From: Myxococcales bacterium
Lineage (GTDB): Bacteria; Myxococcota_A; UBA9042; JABWCM01; BTVJ01
Direction: 5' to 3'
Length of the DNA: 64,000 bases
NCBI GenBank assembly: GCA_045863395.1
Contig: BTVJ01000005.1
Span: 64,001 to 128,000 of the forward strand
This document shows, piece after piece, positions 55,005-64,000 of the stretch (positions are counted from its first letter, which is position 1; each line of letters opens with the position of its first letter). Made by a program: the position numbers and the translations under genes. The notes beneath the pieces are model-generated. The model worked only from the letters and a program-made list of their open reading frames with translations, was not told the DNA's origin and ran no database searches.

Positions 55005-58000
55005 TCAGTTGGCCCCGTAGCTATAGGTGTGGTGCATACCACGCACCAGCTCGAGGCGGCCGATCAGGAACTGCAGGTTCGAGAAGTAGTACTCGTTCTG
55101 CAGAAGCTCCAGGTTGATCTGGCCGGTCTGCGGGTTCACATAGGACTGGAAGGCGGCCTTGGCATCCTTCACCAGCTCGTAGGCCGCATCGAAGTCGCTG
55201 CCATCTCCCACCCGAGCTGCCTGGTAGATCTTGCCGCTGAGCGGATCCTCGAACTCCACGATGTCGGTGCCGGGGGCGAAGGACACGCAGTCACCGCCGC
55301 CCTTGAGACACAGACGAGACGTGTCCATGAAGCTCAGGTCGAGGTTGTTGACCATCAGGGACATGCCGTAATAGGCCGCAAGCATCGGGATGCGATAGCG
55401 CGCGTTGGGGAAGGTCGACTTCGCCTCAGGGTTCAGCGCGATCGGGCAGTTGGCCGGCGACACGTCCTGGAAGTAGTCACGACGTGCCACGCTCGACACC
55501 TTCCCCTGCTCGTTGGTGCACACCCACCAGCCGAAGGTGCTCTCCTTGCTGGTCATGAGGCCGCCCATGACGCGCATCATCTGCTTCGGGAACACCGAGT
55601 AGTAGCTGACCCGGAAGCGCTGCTGGTCCTGCGCCGTCTCCGTCCACGGGAACGAGGTCGTGGTCGGGTCCGTCAGGTTCACGAACGCGGCGAGGCGATC
55701 ATAGATGGCCCCCGAGCGCCACGGCGTGTACAGGTAGCCCTGGAAGTTGAAGGCGTTGTACATCGGCCGCGCGCCTGACTCCTGGAGCACCCAGGCCTGG
55801 TTGATGTACTGGGAGTTGTCCAGGTTGAACAGCGGCTCGTACTTGCCGCTGGTCTGGTTCTGGCCGTAGCGACCCTCCTCCGGGCGGCCGAAGGCGTTGG
55901 CCATCGTGTTGAAGGCGTCATAGGCGGCAACGGTCGCGGACAGGCCGCCGTTGATGTCCTGGTCCCAGGGCACGCCGTTGCCGACGTTCTTGGCCCACCA
56001 GTTGTCCTTGTTGTAGTGGACCATCCCCTGGACCCAGTACTGGAACTGGCGCCGCATCTCGCCGAAGTACCGCTGAACGCCGTTGTAGTAGCTCTCGGGC
56101 CACCACGTGACCTGGTCGTGGGAGTAGCCGGAGAACGGCCAGTAGTTCTCGTAGGACTCCGCGGAGTTACGGACGATCTCGAAGGCGTCGACGCCCTCGT
56201 CGAAGACCTGGCAGGTGGGCGTGCGCCCCGTGAGCTCGTCTGAGCAGAAGCGGTAGGGCACCAAGACGCGCCCCTGCGCCTTGGCGGCGTCCTCGGGCAG
56301 CACCTCGCGGTCGAACATCGCCTTGACGCTGTCACCGAAGAACTTCGGGTAGTTGGTGTAGTGCACCTTCTTGAACGCGTCCTCGAGTGGGTCGCCGGAC
56401 GGGACCACGACCGTGGTGTTGCCGGGCTGTGTGGCGTCGGGCTCCAGCATGTATGGCTTGAGGAGGTCCTTGTCGGGCTCGGTCTTGAAGACCTCGACCA
56501 CCTTGCCATACCCGTACATGATGGCGGCCTTGTCGTAGTGCCCCAGACCGTCGAAGCGGCCATTGAACTTCGCCGTGTAGTCCATCACGGTGGCGCTCTG
56601 CTTCTGGCGCAGGTTGTTGAGCGCCTGCTCCTCCGTGTCCATCTGCCACAGGTTGACCGGGTGCAGGTGCCCGTCTGCGCCCTGGTGCATCTTCAGATCC
56701 CAGAAGGACTCGTGGAAGTTCAGCGCATCGGTTGACGCCTCGAAGTTGTGGCGCAGGCCCAGGGTGTGGCCGATCTCGTGGAGCTGGACGCCCTTGTAGA
56801 TGCGCTGCCACAGCTCGATCCGGATGCGCTCCCGCAGGGAGTCGAGCTTGCCGCGGAAGGCCTTCACGGCCGCCGCCAGCTCGGGCTGCTCCGTATCCCA
56901 GTACAGCGGGCTCGTCGGGCGCGTCGCCGCGTTGGGGTTCGTCGCCTCGATGTCCTCCACCTTCAGCCGCATCTGGTCCAGAAGCTTCTTGACGCTGCAG
57001 GAGTTGACCCAGTAGTTGCCGCTCGCCTCCCCGCTGGAGTTCAGCTCCTTCGACAGGGTCTTGCACACCCAGCCGTCGGCGTTGACCGCGCCGACCTTCT
57101 CGCATGTGCCCTTCACCTTGTTGAAGGCGCTCCAGTCGAGAATTCCCGGGAACTGGCCCTTGAAGTCGGAGCAGAAGGCCTGGTCGTACAGCGCCCCATA
57201 CTCGCGGACCAGACCCATGATGGCCGTGTCGGCGAAGGACTGCAGGTAGATGTTCTGCGCAGCGTGGTCTCGCTCATAGCGCATGCGCTTCTCTTGGCCC
57301 TGGACGCTGGCCCACTTGCGAAGCGCGAGGGTCTCGAGCAGCTCGGTCCCCACGTCCTCACCCTGGGCCTGCATGGGGGCGCGGAACAGTGACTTCACGT
57401 CGTCGCCGAGCATGAGCTGCTCCACCTCGGGCATGCTCTTGATCATGTCGAGGCGGGACTGAGCGAAGTTGTTGTCGGTCGGGAGGCCCACCTGAGCGAG
57501 CGTCTCGCGCAGCTCCGGGGTGACCACCAGGTTCGCGATCTTCTGCACCTCAGAGGAGGTGTAGCCACCGCGGACGCCGGCCGCCCGGAGACGCTTGCCA
57601 GTCTGGCCCTTCTCGATGTAGACGCCGCTCTCGATCTCACGGAAGTCGCGCACGCCCGCCATCATCTCGATGGTCGCAACGGCCCGCTCGGCGCCGAGCT
57701 TCATGGCCGCCACATAGGAGTGCGAGTTGACGGAGATCGCCTCGCCGGTGACCGGGTCGGTGTTGCTCGGCCCGTAACCGTAGAGGCCGTAGCTGATGGG
57801 CTCGACGACCGCCGACATCAGGCTGTACCGGAGGTCTCCGCGGCGCTTCGGGCGGTCCATGTCCTTGCAGAACTTCGCGTTCGGGTTGGTGGAGTCCTCC
57901 TTCCAGGTCGCCGTCGGGTGACCCGCCTCCTCTGCCACCATCGCCTCGGCGGCGCTGTTCTCGCAGAGGATGAACATGTCGTGGTCGGGGGCCGAGCCCT

Positions 58001-59177
58001 TCAGAGCCTTGACCGTCGCAACGAAGGCCTCGTTCCACTCCTCCGCCATCTCGATGCTCGGCGTGACCAGCTCGCGGGGGAAGTTCTCCGAGAGGTAGTA
58101 CACGATGGGCTTCGGGGTCATCTTGGAGTAGTCAGGCTTACCGCTGGCGTCGAGCGTCCAGTTGGACCAGATGTTGTGGCGGCTGATCTTGTTGCTCTGA
58201 CCGGTGAAGGTCACACCTCGCAGCTCATCGTAGGTCAGCCTGTCCGCGCGGAAGTAGCCGAACTTCTGCATGTCGACGTCGTCGTAGTCCTGGCCCTTGT
58301 AGTCCGGCTCGACGAAGCGCTTGAACGACGAGCGGACCTTGATCAGCTCGCTGGCGCACTCGAACACCTGGCCGGCGTACCAGGGATAGAACCAGCACAG
58401 GGGGACGGTGCCGAACCCCGGATAGGGCGTCGTCGGAGCAGCCAGCAGGCCCGTCATCACCGAGTCGAAGTAGACGAGCTTCTCCGCCCCTTCCTCGCCC
58501 TCGTACTGGAACACGGGCTGCTCCGTGGGATCGGCTCCCTGACCGTTGAACACTGCGCCGTTGCCCGCCTCCGAGGCGCTTGTGTAGGGCCGAAGGTCCC
58601 GCCCGTCACCGGTGTTGACCCAGTCGACGCGGAAGTACTCGCGCTCCCACCACTCCTGGTCGCTACCGTTCTCGACGAGGACGTTCATCTCCTCGCCCGT
58701 GGTCGGGTTGTACTGACGCTGGATGTCGAAGTGGGAGATGATCGGGTAGCTCGCCACGGGAGCCCCGCGGTAGATGTAGACCGGGGCCTGCATCTCAACG
58801 CCATTCACCTTGACGGTCCGGGTGACGATCTTCCCGTCCTCACCGAGGAGCGGGGTGTCCACGTCGGCGCTCTGCCCGAACGCCTCCGTGCCCTCGACGA
58901 ACTCGTAGGTGCGGTAGAAGATCAGGCTGTGCTCCTGGACCTCGAACACACCGCGCTCGAGCTGGCCCTGGTAGCCCGGGAAGGTGTACGCCGAGGTGTA
59001 CGGCGCCTGGATCACCGTCTCCTGGAAGTACCACTCGCCCTTCAGGTCCGCCTTCTTGATGTAGTCGGGCTGGACCCGGTTGATCTCGGGCTGATTCTGG
59101 GCACAGGCCCCGACCAGCGCCGCCAGGGCCATGGCGGCCAGGAGGCGCGCACCGACTCCCTTGGTCATGCTTCCCAT
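55005..59177 (-). CDS. Large lipoprotein zinc metalloprotease (metzincin)
   Basis: Lipobox VGA-C, HEIGHTLGLRH (56748-56780), Met-turn TVMDY. Start 59177 or 59213 (both have SDs). Confidence 0.88.
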   Translation of the reverse strand: MGSMTKGVGARLLAAMALAALVGACAQNQPEINRVQPDYIKKADLKGEWYFQETVIQAPYTSAYTFPGYQGQLERGVFEVQEHSLIFYRTYEFVEGTEAFGQSADVDTPLLGEDGKIVTRTVKVNGVEMQAPVYIYRGAPVASYPIISHFDIQRQYNPTTGEEMNVLVENGSDQEWWEREYFRVDWVNTGDGRDLRPYTSASEAGNGAVFNGQGADPTEQPVFQYEGEEGAEKLVYFDSVMTGLLAAPTTPYPGFGTVPLCWFYPWYAGQVFECASELIKVRSSFKRFVEPDYKGQDYDDVDMQKFGYFRADRLTYDELRGVTFTGQSNKISRHNIWSNWTLDASGKPDYSKMTPKPIVYYLSENFPRELVTPSIEMAEEWNEAFVATVKALKGSAPDHDMFILCENSAAEAMVAEEAGHPTATWKEDSTNPNAKFCKDMDRPKRRGDLRYSLMSAVVEPISYGLYGYGPSNTDPVTGEAISVNSHSYVAAMKLGAERAVATIEMMAGVRDFREIESGVYIEKGQTGKRLRAAGVRGGYTSSEVQKIANLVVTPELRETLAQVGLPTDNNFAQSRLDMIKSMPEVEQLMLGDDVKSLFRAPMQAQGEDVGTELLETLALRKWASVQGQEKRMRYERDHAAQNIYLQSFADTAIMGLVREYGALYDQAFCSDFKGQFPGILDWSAFNKVKGTCEKVGAVNADGWVCKTLSKELNSSGEASGNYWVNSCSVKKLLDQMRLKVEDIEATNPNAATRPTSPLYWDTEQPELAAAVKAFRGKLDSLRERIRIELWQRIYKGVQLHEIGHTLGLRHNFEASTDALNFHESFWDLKMHQGADGHLHPVNLWQMDTEEQALNNLRQKQSATVMDYTAKFNGRFDGLGHYDKAAIMYGYGKVVEVFKTEPDKDLLKPYMLEPDATQPGNTTVVVPSGDPLEDAFKKVHYTNYPKFFGDSVKAMFDREVLPEDAAKAQGRVLVPYRFCSDELTGRTPTCQVFDEGVDAFEIVRNSAESYENYWPFSGYSHDQVTWWPESYYNGVQRYFGEMRRQFQYWVQGMVHYNKDNWWAKNVGNGVPWDQDINGGLSATVAAYDAFNTMANAFGRPEEGRYGQNQTSGKYEPLFNLDNSQYINQAWVLQESGARPMYNAFNFQGYLYTPWRSGAIYDRLAAFVNLTDPTTTSFPWTETAQDQQRFRVSYYSVFPKQMMRVMGGLMTSKESTFGWWVCTNEQGKVSSVARRDYFQDVSPANCPIALNPEAKSTFPNARYRIPMLAAYYGMSLMVNNLDLSFMDTSRLCLKGGGDCVSFAPGTDIVEFEDPLSGKIYQAARVGDGSDFDAAYELVKDAKAAFQSYVNPQTGQINLELLQNEYYFSNLQFLIGRLELVRGMHHTYSYGAN

Positions 59178-59238
59178 CTTCGTTCCTCCATCGAGCCGAA
59201 AGGTCGCGTTCATTGTGTTCCTCCTCAGTCCGGCTCGA

Positions 59239-62200
59239 CTAGTAGCGGATGACGCCAAGAGTCGCGTTGAGCTCGCGCAGCACGTCGAGCACCTCGACGA
59301 GCTCCTTGAGCTGCGATGCGTACATTGCAGCCTCGACGTCGGTCGCGGCTGCGGCCCAGGCGGTCTTGAGGGCGTTGGCCTGATCGACGATGCGCGCCGC
59401 GACCGCCAGACGGTTGGCGTCGTAGCGAGGCACGATCGCCAGGTAGGTCTTGTTGCTGAACGGATCCGTGAACTTCTTCCACTCCATGCCAGGCGCGAGC
59501 TGGTAGTCGCTGGCGTTACCCTCGAGGACCACCGCCATGCTGTCGGTGACGCTGGGGTCGAACCCGGCAGGCAGGGTCGCCAGGGCGACCACTGCGGACA
59601 GGGTCTTGAACGACAGCGTGGAGATGGACGGCTGCACGAGCGGCATGTTGGACTGCGCCTGCGGATTGAACGCCGACCGAGGGCGGTACTCCAGGCGACC
59701 CGTCTTGGGCTCCGCCTCGACCACGCCGGCCCACTGCTCCCAGGCGTCGGCCACCACGCCTCCGAAGAGGTTGGTGAGCTCCCGCGGGTAGGCGGTGACG
59801 AAGCCGATGGCCGAGGAGACGCCGATGTCGAGCGCCTCGCCCACGTAGTCCGACAGGAAGCTGATGCTCGCGTCGGTCAGGGTCTGCATCGCGGCGAGCT
59901 TCTCCCAGTAGGCGCCCGCCCACAGCGGGTGCTGGAAGGCGTAGTAGCCGTAGCTCGTGTCAAACGTGGTCCAGGGGAACTTGCCCTGGCCGATGGGCAC
60001 GACCAGTGTGTCCTCGTCGTCCGTCGGTGTCGTGTCGTAGGACACGTTGACGTAGGTGTTGGTCTCCGGATCCAGCTCGTAGCGACCGGGGGCCGGCGAG
60101 GCGATGAGCTGGTGCAGGAACTGATACGCCATGTTCGCGGAGGTGCGGAAGTAGCCGCCGCTCATCGGCTGGCGCGAGAAGTTCTTCCAGAAGTTGAGCT
60201 CCGCGAACAGGTTCTCGTAGAGCGCGAAGTACAGGCCTGACAGACGCAGCGGGTTCATCCACCGGTCCATGATGCGGGCGTAGTAGCTGTAGCTCGCGTT
60301 GCCCCACCCGAAGCCGAAGCGCTCGCGCTGGAAGGCGTCGAAGATGTAGTACATCGTCAACATCTCCATCGCGTGGTACGTGACCTCGACCGAATCGGCG
60401 CCGGTGTCGAAGTACAGGCAGCCACCGTTGCCCCGGTACTCGTCCGAGCAGAAGTCGTAGGGGACCTCGATGTAGGTGTCCCAGTAGTTCTCGCTGTTGT
60501 AGTCGTAGTTCATGTCGCGGGACAGCTTCACCTGCTGGAACGGCACCGTGACGCGGTTGCTGCTCAGGTTGGCGTCCACCGTGATGACGTAGTTCAAGAA
60601 GAAGAACGGGTGATACAGCGTGTTCGCCCAGATGCTGCTGTCCTTCGTGAAGCTCGAGAACTTGAGAGGCGTGTCACCGAAGTACGGGGCGCCCTTCTCC
60701 GTGAAGTCGTTCAGCATGCTCACATCCTGGTAGACCTCCACCAGGTCGCCGTAGCCGAACTTGATCGCGGCATAGTCGTACTTGCCGAGCCCGTGGATGT
60801 CCGCGTTGATCTTCTGGCCATAGTCCATGACCGTGCTGAGCTGGTACTCAGTCCTGCGCTTCTCCATCTCACCCAGGGTCTGGTGGCCACGCGACACGAT
60901 GGCCTTGCTGATCTTCCAGCAAGACGTGCTGCCGGTCGCGCCCGGATCGGCACAGATTCCGCCCTCCCCGCAGTCACCAGCCGTGGTGCACTTCGAGACG
61001 ACCGCCGGATCGAACGTCGCCACGCCGCTTGCGGGCTCGCAGCGGTCAGACTTGCAGGTCTGGCCCTCGGCGCAGTCTCCGTCAAGACCGCAGTATCCCT
61101 TGAGGACGCAGCTCTCCGCCTTGGCGTCCCAGGTTGGCACAAGGTCACCACCCTTCACCTTGGCCAGGTCCGGGCTGCAGCTTGCCTTCGACAGGCCAAC
61201 CTGTGCGGGGGCAACACACTGCCCCATGGGGTCACCCACCTCCGGGTCGATGCACGTACCGCTTACGCAGAGGGTGCCCTCGGCGCAGTCCCCATCCGCC
61301 TGGCAGGCCGTGTAGCACTCCTCGCCACGAGCGAAGTTGCAGCCCGTGACATCGAGGCAGCGCACCGCATCACGCTCGCGGATGGAGTAGTACTTGTCGT
61401 CGAAGTTGAAGATGTCGTTGGAGGCGGCAAAGTTGTGCCGGAGCCCCATCGTGTGGCCAACCTCGTGCTCCAGCACGCCACCGTAGATGCGGGCGGTGAG
61501 CACCAGGTGCAGCGCCTCGCCCTCGAGACAGTACCCTTCCGGCACGACCTCCTGGCCAGTCGCGGCGAGGTTCTCGTCGATGAGCGCGACCGCCTCGCTG
61601 ACGCTCGTCACGGGCTGAGCGCCGGCCTTCTTGGCCTCCGCCGAGCAGCCGATCTCCTTGCTGAGGCCGTAGATGGCGCCATCCATGAAGTCGGGCATGT
61701 AGACGCAGTTCTCGCTCTTCGTGAGCAGCGCCATGCGCTGCTGCTCCTGGCGCAGGGCATTCGTGCCGAGCCAGTTCATGGGTGACACGGCGTCCGCGAA
61801 CTGGTCGTCCATCGGGTCACCCGGGAGGATTGCGCCGGAGGACATGGTCATCTTGACCTCGTCGTTGACCAGCAGCGCCTCGATACGGGAGCCCTTCAGT
61901 TTCTCCAGTGCGATCTCCAGAGGACTCTTCTGTGCCGCGGCCAGAGGGTTGTTCATGGCACGGAACCGATACTTGGGGCTCATTCCGTACGTCCGGACCT
62001 GGCCTAGCAGGTCCTGTCCGTCGCCCGACCACGCCGTGAGCGGGTTCGGCCCGCTGACGGCGGCGTCATCTCCCTCGGCGTCGTAGGTGTCACCGTCGGC
62101 GGTCGCATGACTCCCGGATGCCGAAGAGCCCAAGGTCAGCCCCTCGTAGAGCGAGGTGTAGTCCTCGGGGGAACGGGACGCCTTGATGGCGTCGATGGCG

Positions 62201-64000
62201 TCCTTGACGTACTTGCCGCTGATGGTGTCCTGGACCGACAGGTTGCCGTTCATCAGGTTGATCAGATCCACGGCATACTGCCCGTAGGTGATCAGGCTGG
62301 CGCCGTAGATGTACGAGGATGCCCAGAAGGAGCGCCCGGTCTCCGGGTCAGCCGCCGTGGGGCCATAGCCGAGCGGGCTGGCAGCCTGCGCCTCACCCAC
62401 CCAGTACATCTGGTTGTAGCGCGAGTCGCCGATCTTCTTCAGCATACCGGGGTGCGCCACGTTGTCCTTGCACGGGTTTGAGATGGTCCCATCCTCGTTG
62501 CGCGTGGAGTAGCGACAGTCGTTGAGCTGCTTCATGTCGCCCATCTGAGCGTCCGAGCAGGAGTCGCCGGAGTAGATCGGCTCGCAGAGGACGAACATCT
62601 CCGGCAGCGCCTTCTTGATGTCCGCGACCTTGGCCTCCGCGGCGTCGTCGATGCGCGGTGACCAGCCGACACACTTGCCGACCGAGTTCTCGTGGAAGCA
62701 GGTGACGTCTCCCGGCACGCCGGCCACGACGGCGAGGATGCGGTTGATGCCACGCTTCGCCGGAAGAACGTAGGCTCCGACGTCGCCGAACTTGGAGTCG
62801 GTCCCGATGCGGGCCGCGTCCAGGCCGATGTCGAGCAGCTCGACTCCCTTGACGCCATTGATGAAGCGCACGCCCTGAGTCCGGTCCGCCGCGGTGGCGC
62901 TGATCGACGAAGTGGCCTTCACCACCGTGTCCCCGCCGATGAACGCGAACACGTAGGTCTTGCCCGCCTGCACCTGGACATTGTTCAGCTTGGCCAGGAC
63001 CTTGCCGGAACCGTCGACCACCTCCAGGCGCCGCCACGTGGCCGGCTCAACGACCTCGTAGGGGTGCTTGGACGTGTCGCCCTTCGGATCGAGGTGCCCG
63101 GGTACGTCAGCCACCGCCGTTGCCGAGAACGCCACGTTGCTGAACAGCGGGACCTCGGACTTCGGCGCATCGCCCAGCTTGGCTGCCGGGTCGGTCAGGA
63201 CCGCGCGCAGGCTGACCGTCGCGTCCTTCGTCCCGTTGACGAAGCGCACCGAGGACTGGTTCGAGCCAAGGGTCGCCGGGAAGATGCCGTCGGTGGTGCG
63301 AACGGAGGTCACGCCGCCCTTGCCGTCATCCACCAGAACGACGGTGTACGCACGGGGGTTCTTGACGGAGGCGATGGGCTCGACTGCGGCGAGGCCGCCG
63401 TCGTCCAGGCACGTACCGTCCTTGCAGGCCATCCCGTAGGGGCACGGCGAGTTCACGCTGCACGCGATTGTCTTGCCGCAGATGCAGTCACCCGGGGTCT
63501 TGCAGCTCCCGCCGCTGCCAGCGGTGGGGAGGCAGTCGCCGCCGTAGGCATTGCAGTCGGCTCCCGTCGAGCAGAGGATTTTGACCTCCTTGGAGGTGTC
63601 GACCGAGGTCTCGTGGAGGATGTCCGTGCGACCGCCGGTGCAGTCCGCGCTCGTCTCACAGGTGCGGGCGCCCAGGGCGCGGTCCGCCGGGCGGAGCAGG
63701 CCGAGGTCCTCGTGGAAATAGAGCCAGGCCACCGTCTCCTTGAACACGTCGGACCACCCGTCAGCCGCCTCATAGGCCTCGCGGATGAACGGGTGGACGA
63801 CCTTGCGGGCCCCCTCGCTCAAAACGACTCGACCTCCGGCCCAGCCGACGAGGGCGCCCTCCTCGTCCAGCTCCGGCATCGCCGGGGCCAGCCCCGGGTG
63901 GCTCGTGCTGAGGTGGTACATGATCGGGTTCAGGCCCCGCTCCTTGTAGGGCAAGGGGGTGCCCACCATGCAGCGGCCGTCCTCGAACCACTTCTCGGCG
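59239..64000 (-). CDS. Giant Cys-rich zinc metalloprotease (metzincin), 5' end outside window
   Basis: Frame open to the window edge. HEVGHTMGLRH (61435-61467), TVMDY, Cys-rich repeats. Paralogous to the downstream gene. Confidence 0.88.
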   Translation of the reverse strand, partial: AEKWFEDGRCMVGTPLPYKERGLNPIMYHLSTSHPGLAPAMPELDEEGALVGWAGGRVVLSEGARKVVHPFIREAYEAADGWSDVFKETVAWLYFHEDLGLLRPADRALGARTCETSADCTGGRTDILHETSVDTSKEVKILCSTGADCNAYGGDCLPTAGSGGSCKTPGDCICGKTIACSVNSPCPYGMACKDGTCLDDGGLAAVEPIASVKNPRAYTVVLVDDGKGGVTSVRTTDGIFPATLGSNQSSVRFVNGTKDATVSLRAVLTDPAAKLGDAPKSEVPLFSNVAFSATAVADVPGHLDPKGDTSKHPYEVVEPATWRRLEVVDGSGKVLAKLNNVQVQAGKTYVFAFIGGDTVVKATSSISATAADRTQGVRFINGVKGVELLDIGLDAARIGTDSKFGDVGAYVLPAKRGINRILAVVAGVPGDVTCFHENSVGKCVGWSPRIDDAAEAKVADIKKALPEMFVLCEPIYSGDSCSDAQMGDMKQLNDCRYSTRNEDGTISNPCKDNVAHPGMLKKIGDSRYNQMYWVGEAQAASPLGYGPTAADPETGRSFWASSYIYGASLITYGQYAVDLINLMNGNLSVQDTISGKYVKDAIDAIKASRSPEDYTSLYEGLTLGSSASGSHATADGDTYDAEGDDAAVSGPNPLTAWSGDGQDLLGQVRTYGMSPKYRFRAMNNPLAAAQKSPLEIALEKLKGSRIEALLVNDEVKMTMSSGAILPGDPMDDQFADAVSPMNWLGTNALRQEQQRMALLTKSENCVYMPDFMDGAIYGLSKEIGCSAEAKKAGAQPVTSVSEAVALIDENLAATGQEVVPEGYCLEGEALHLVLTARIYGGVLEHEVGHTMGLRHNFAASNDIFNFDDKYYSIRERDAVRCLDVTGCNFARGEECYTACQADGDCAEGTLCVSGTCIDPEVGDPMGQCVAPAQVGLSKASCSPDLAKVKGGDLVPTWDAKAESCVLKGYCGLDGDCAEGQTCKSDRCEPASGVATFDPAVVSKCTTAGDCGEGGICADPGATGSTSCWKISKAIVSRGHQTLGEMEKRRTEYQLSTVMDYGQKINADIHGLGKYDYAAIKFGYGDLVEVYQDVSMLNDFTEKGAPYFGDTPLKFSSFTKDSSIWANTLYHPFFFLNYVITVDANLSSNRVTVPFQQVKLSRDMNYDYNSENYWDTYIEVPYDFCSDEYRGNGGCLYFDTGADSVEVTYHAMEMLTMYYIFDAFQRERFGFGWGNASYSYYARIMDRWMNPLRLSGLYFALYENLFAELNFWKNFSRQPMSGGYFRTSANMAYQFLHQLIASPAPGRYELDPETNTYVNVSYDTTPTDDEDTLVVPIGQGKFPWTTFDTSYGYYAFQHPLWAGAYWEKLAAMQTLTDASISFLSDYVGEALDIGVSSAIGFVTAYPRELTNLFGGVVADAWEQWAGVVEAEPKTGRLEYRPRSAFNPQAQSNMPLVQPSISTLSFKTLSAVVALATLPAGFDPSVTDSMAVVLEGNASDYQLAPGMEWKKFTDPFSNKTYLAIVPRYDANRLAVAARIVDQANALKTAWAAAATDVEAAMYASQLKELVEVLDVLRELNATLGVIRY

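Overview
GC-rich bacterial chromosome segment. Gene content (eukaryote-like Pkn kinase, PilZ, TIGR02300, Cys-rich lipoprotein metalloproteases, multiple EF-Gs) suggests Myxococcota/deltaproteobacteria, which is an inference. About 33 kb (17.8-50.1 kb, all minus strand) is the translation/transcription supercluster: tRNA-Thr-Tyr-Gly-Thr, tuf, rpmG, tRNA-Trp, secE, nusG, rplKAJL, rpoBC, rpsLG, fusA, S10, spc and alpha operons, tRNA-Gln, tRNA-Glu. The left flank carries gyrA (3' part), an RlmI-like methyltransferase, a GT-C glycosyltransferase, an orphan sigma-28, ugd, an unknown lipoprotein, dnaJ plus a Ser/Thr kinase, a second EF-G, PilZ, dnaB and hisC. The right flank carries proS-rlmB-adenosine deaminase, an Smr protein and two giant tandem metzincin proteases. 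No CRISPR array, rRNA or recognisable mobile element was seen. Most notable: (1) a ~430-nt densely structured non-coding insert between tRNA-Trp and secE that matches no RNA family I recognise; (2) both EF-G copies, including the str-operon one, lack the conserved domain IV tip motifs; (3) rplC is cleanly missing from the S10 operon, and tuf, adk and map are absent from their usual slots; (4) tandem metzincins, one with Cys-rich and beta-sandwich modules inserted into the catalytic scaffold; (5) an L33 with a Bacteroidota-like insert. All calls are from motif recognition by eye, with no database search.
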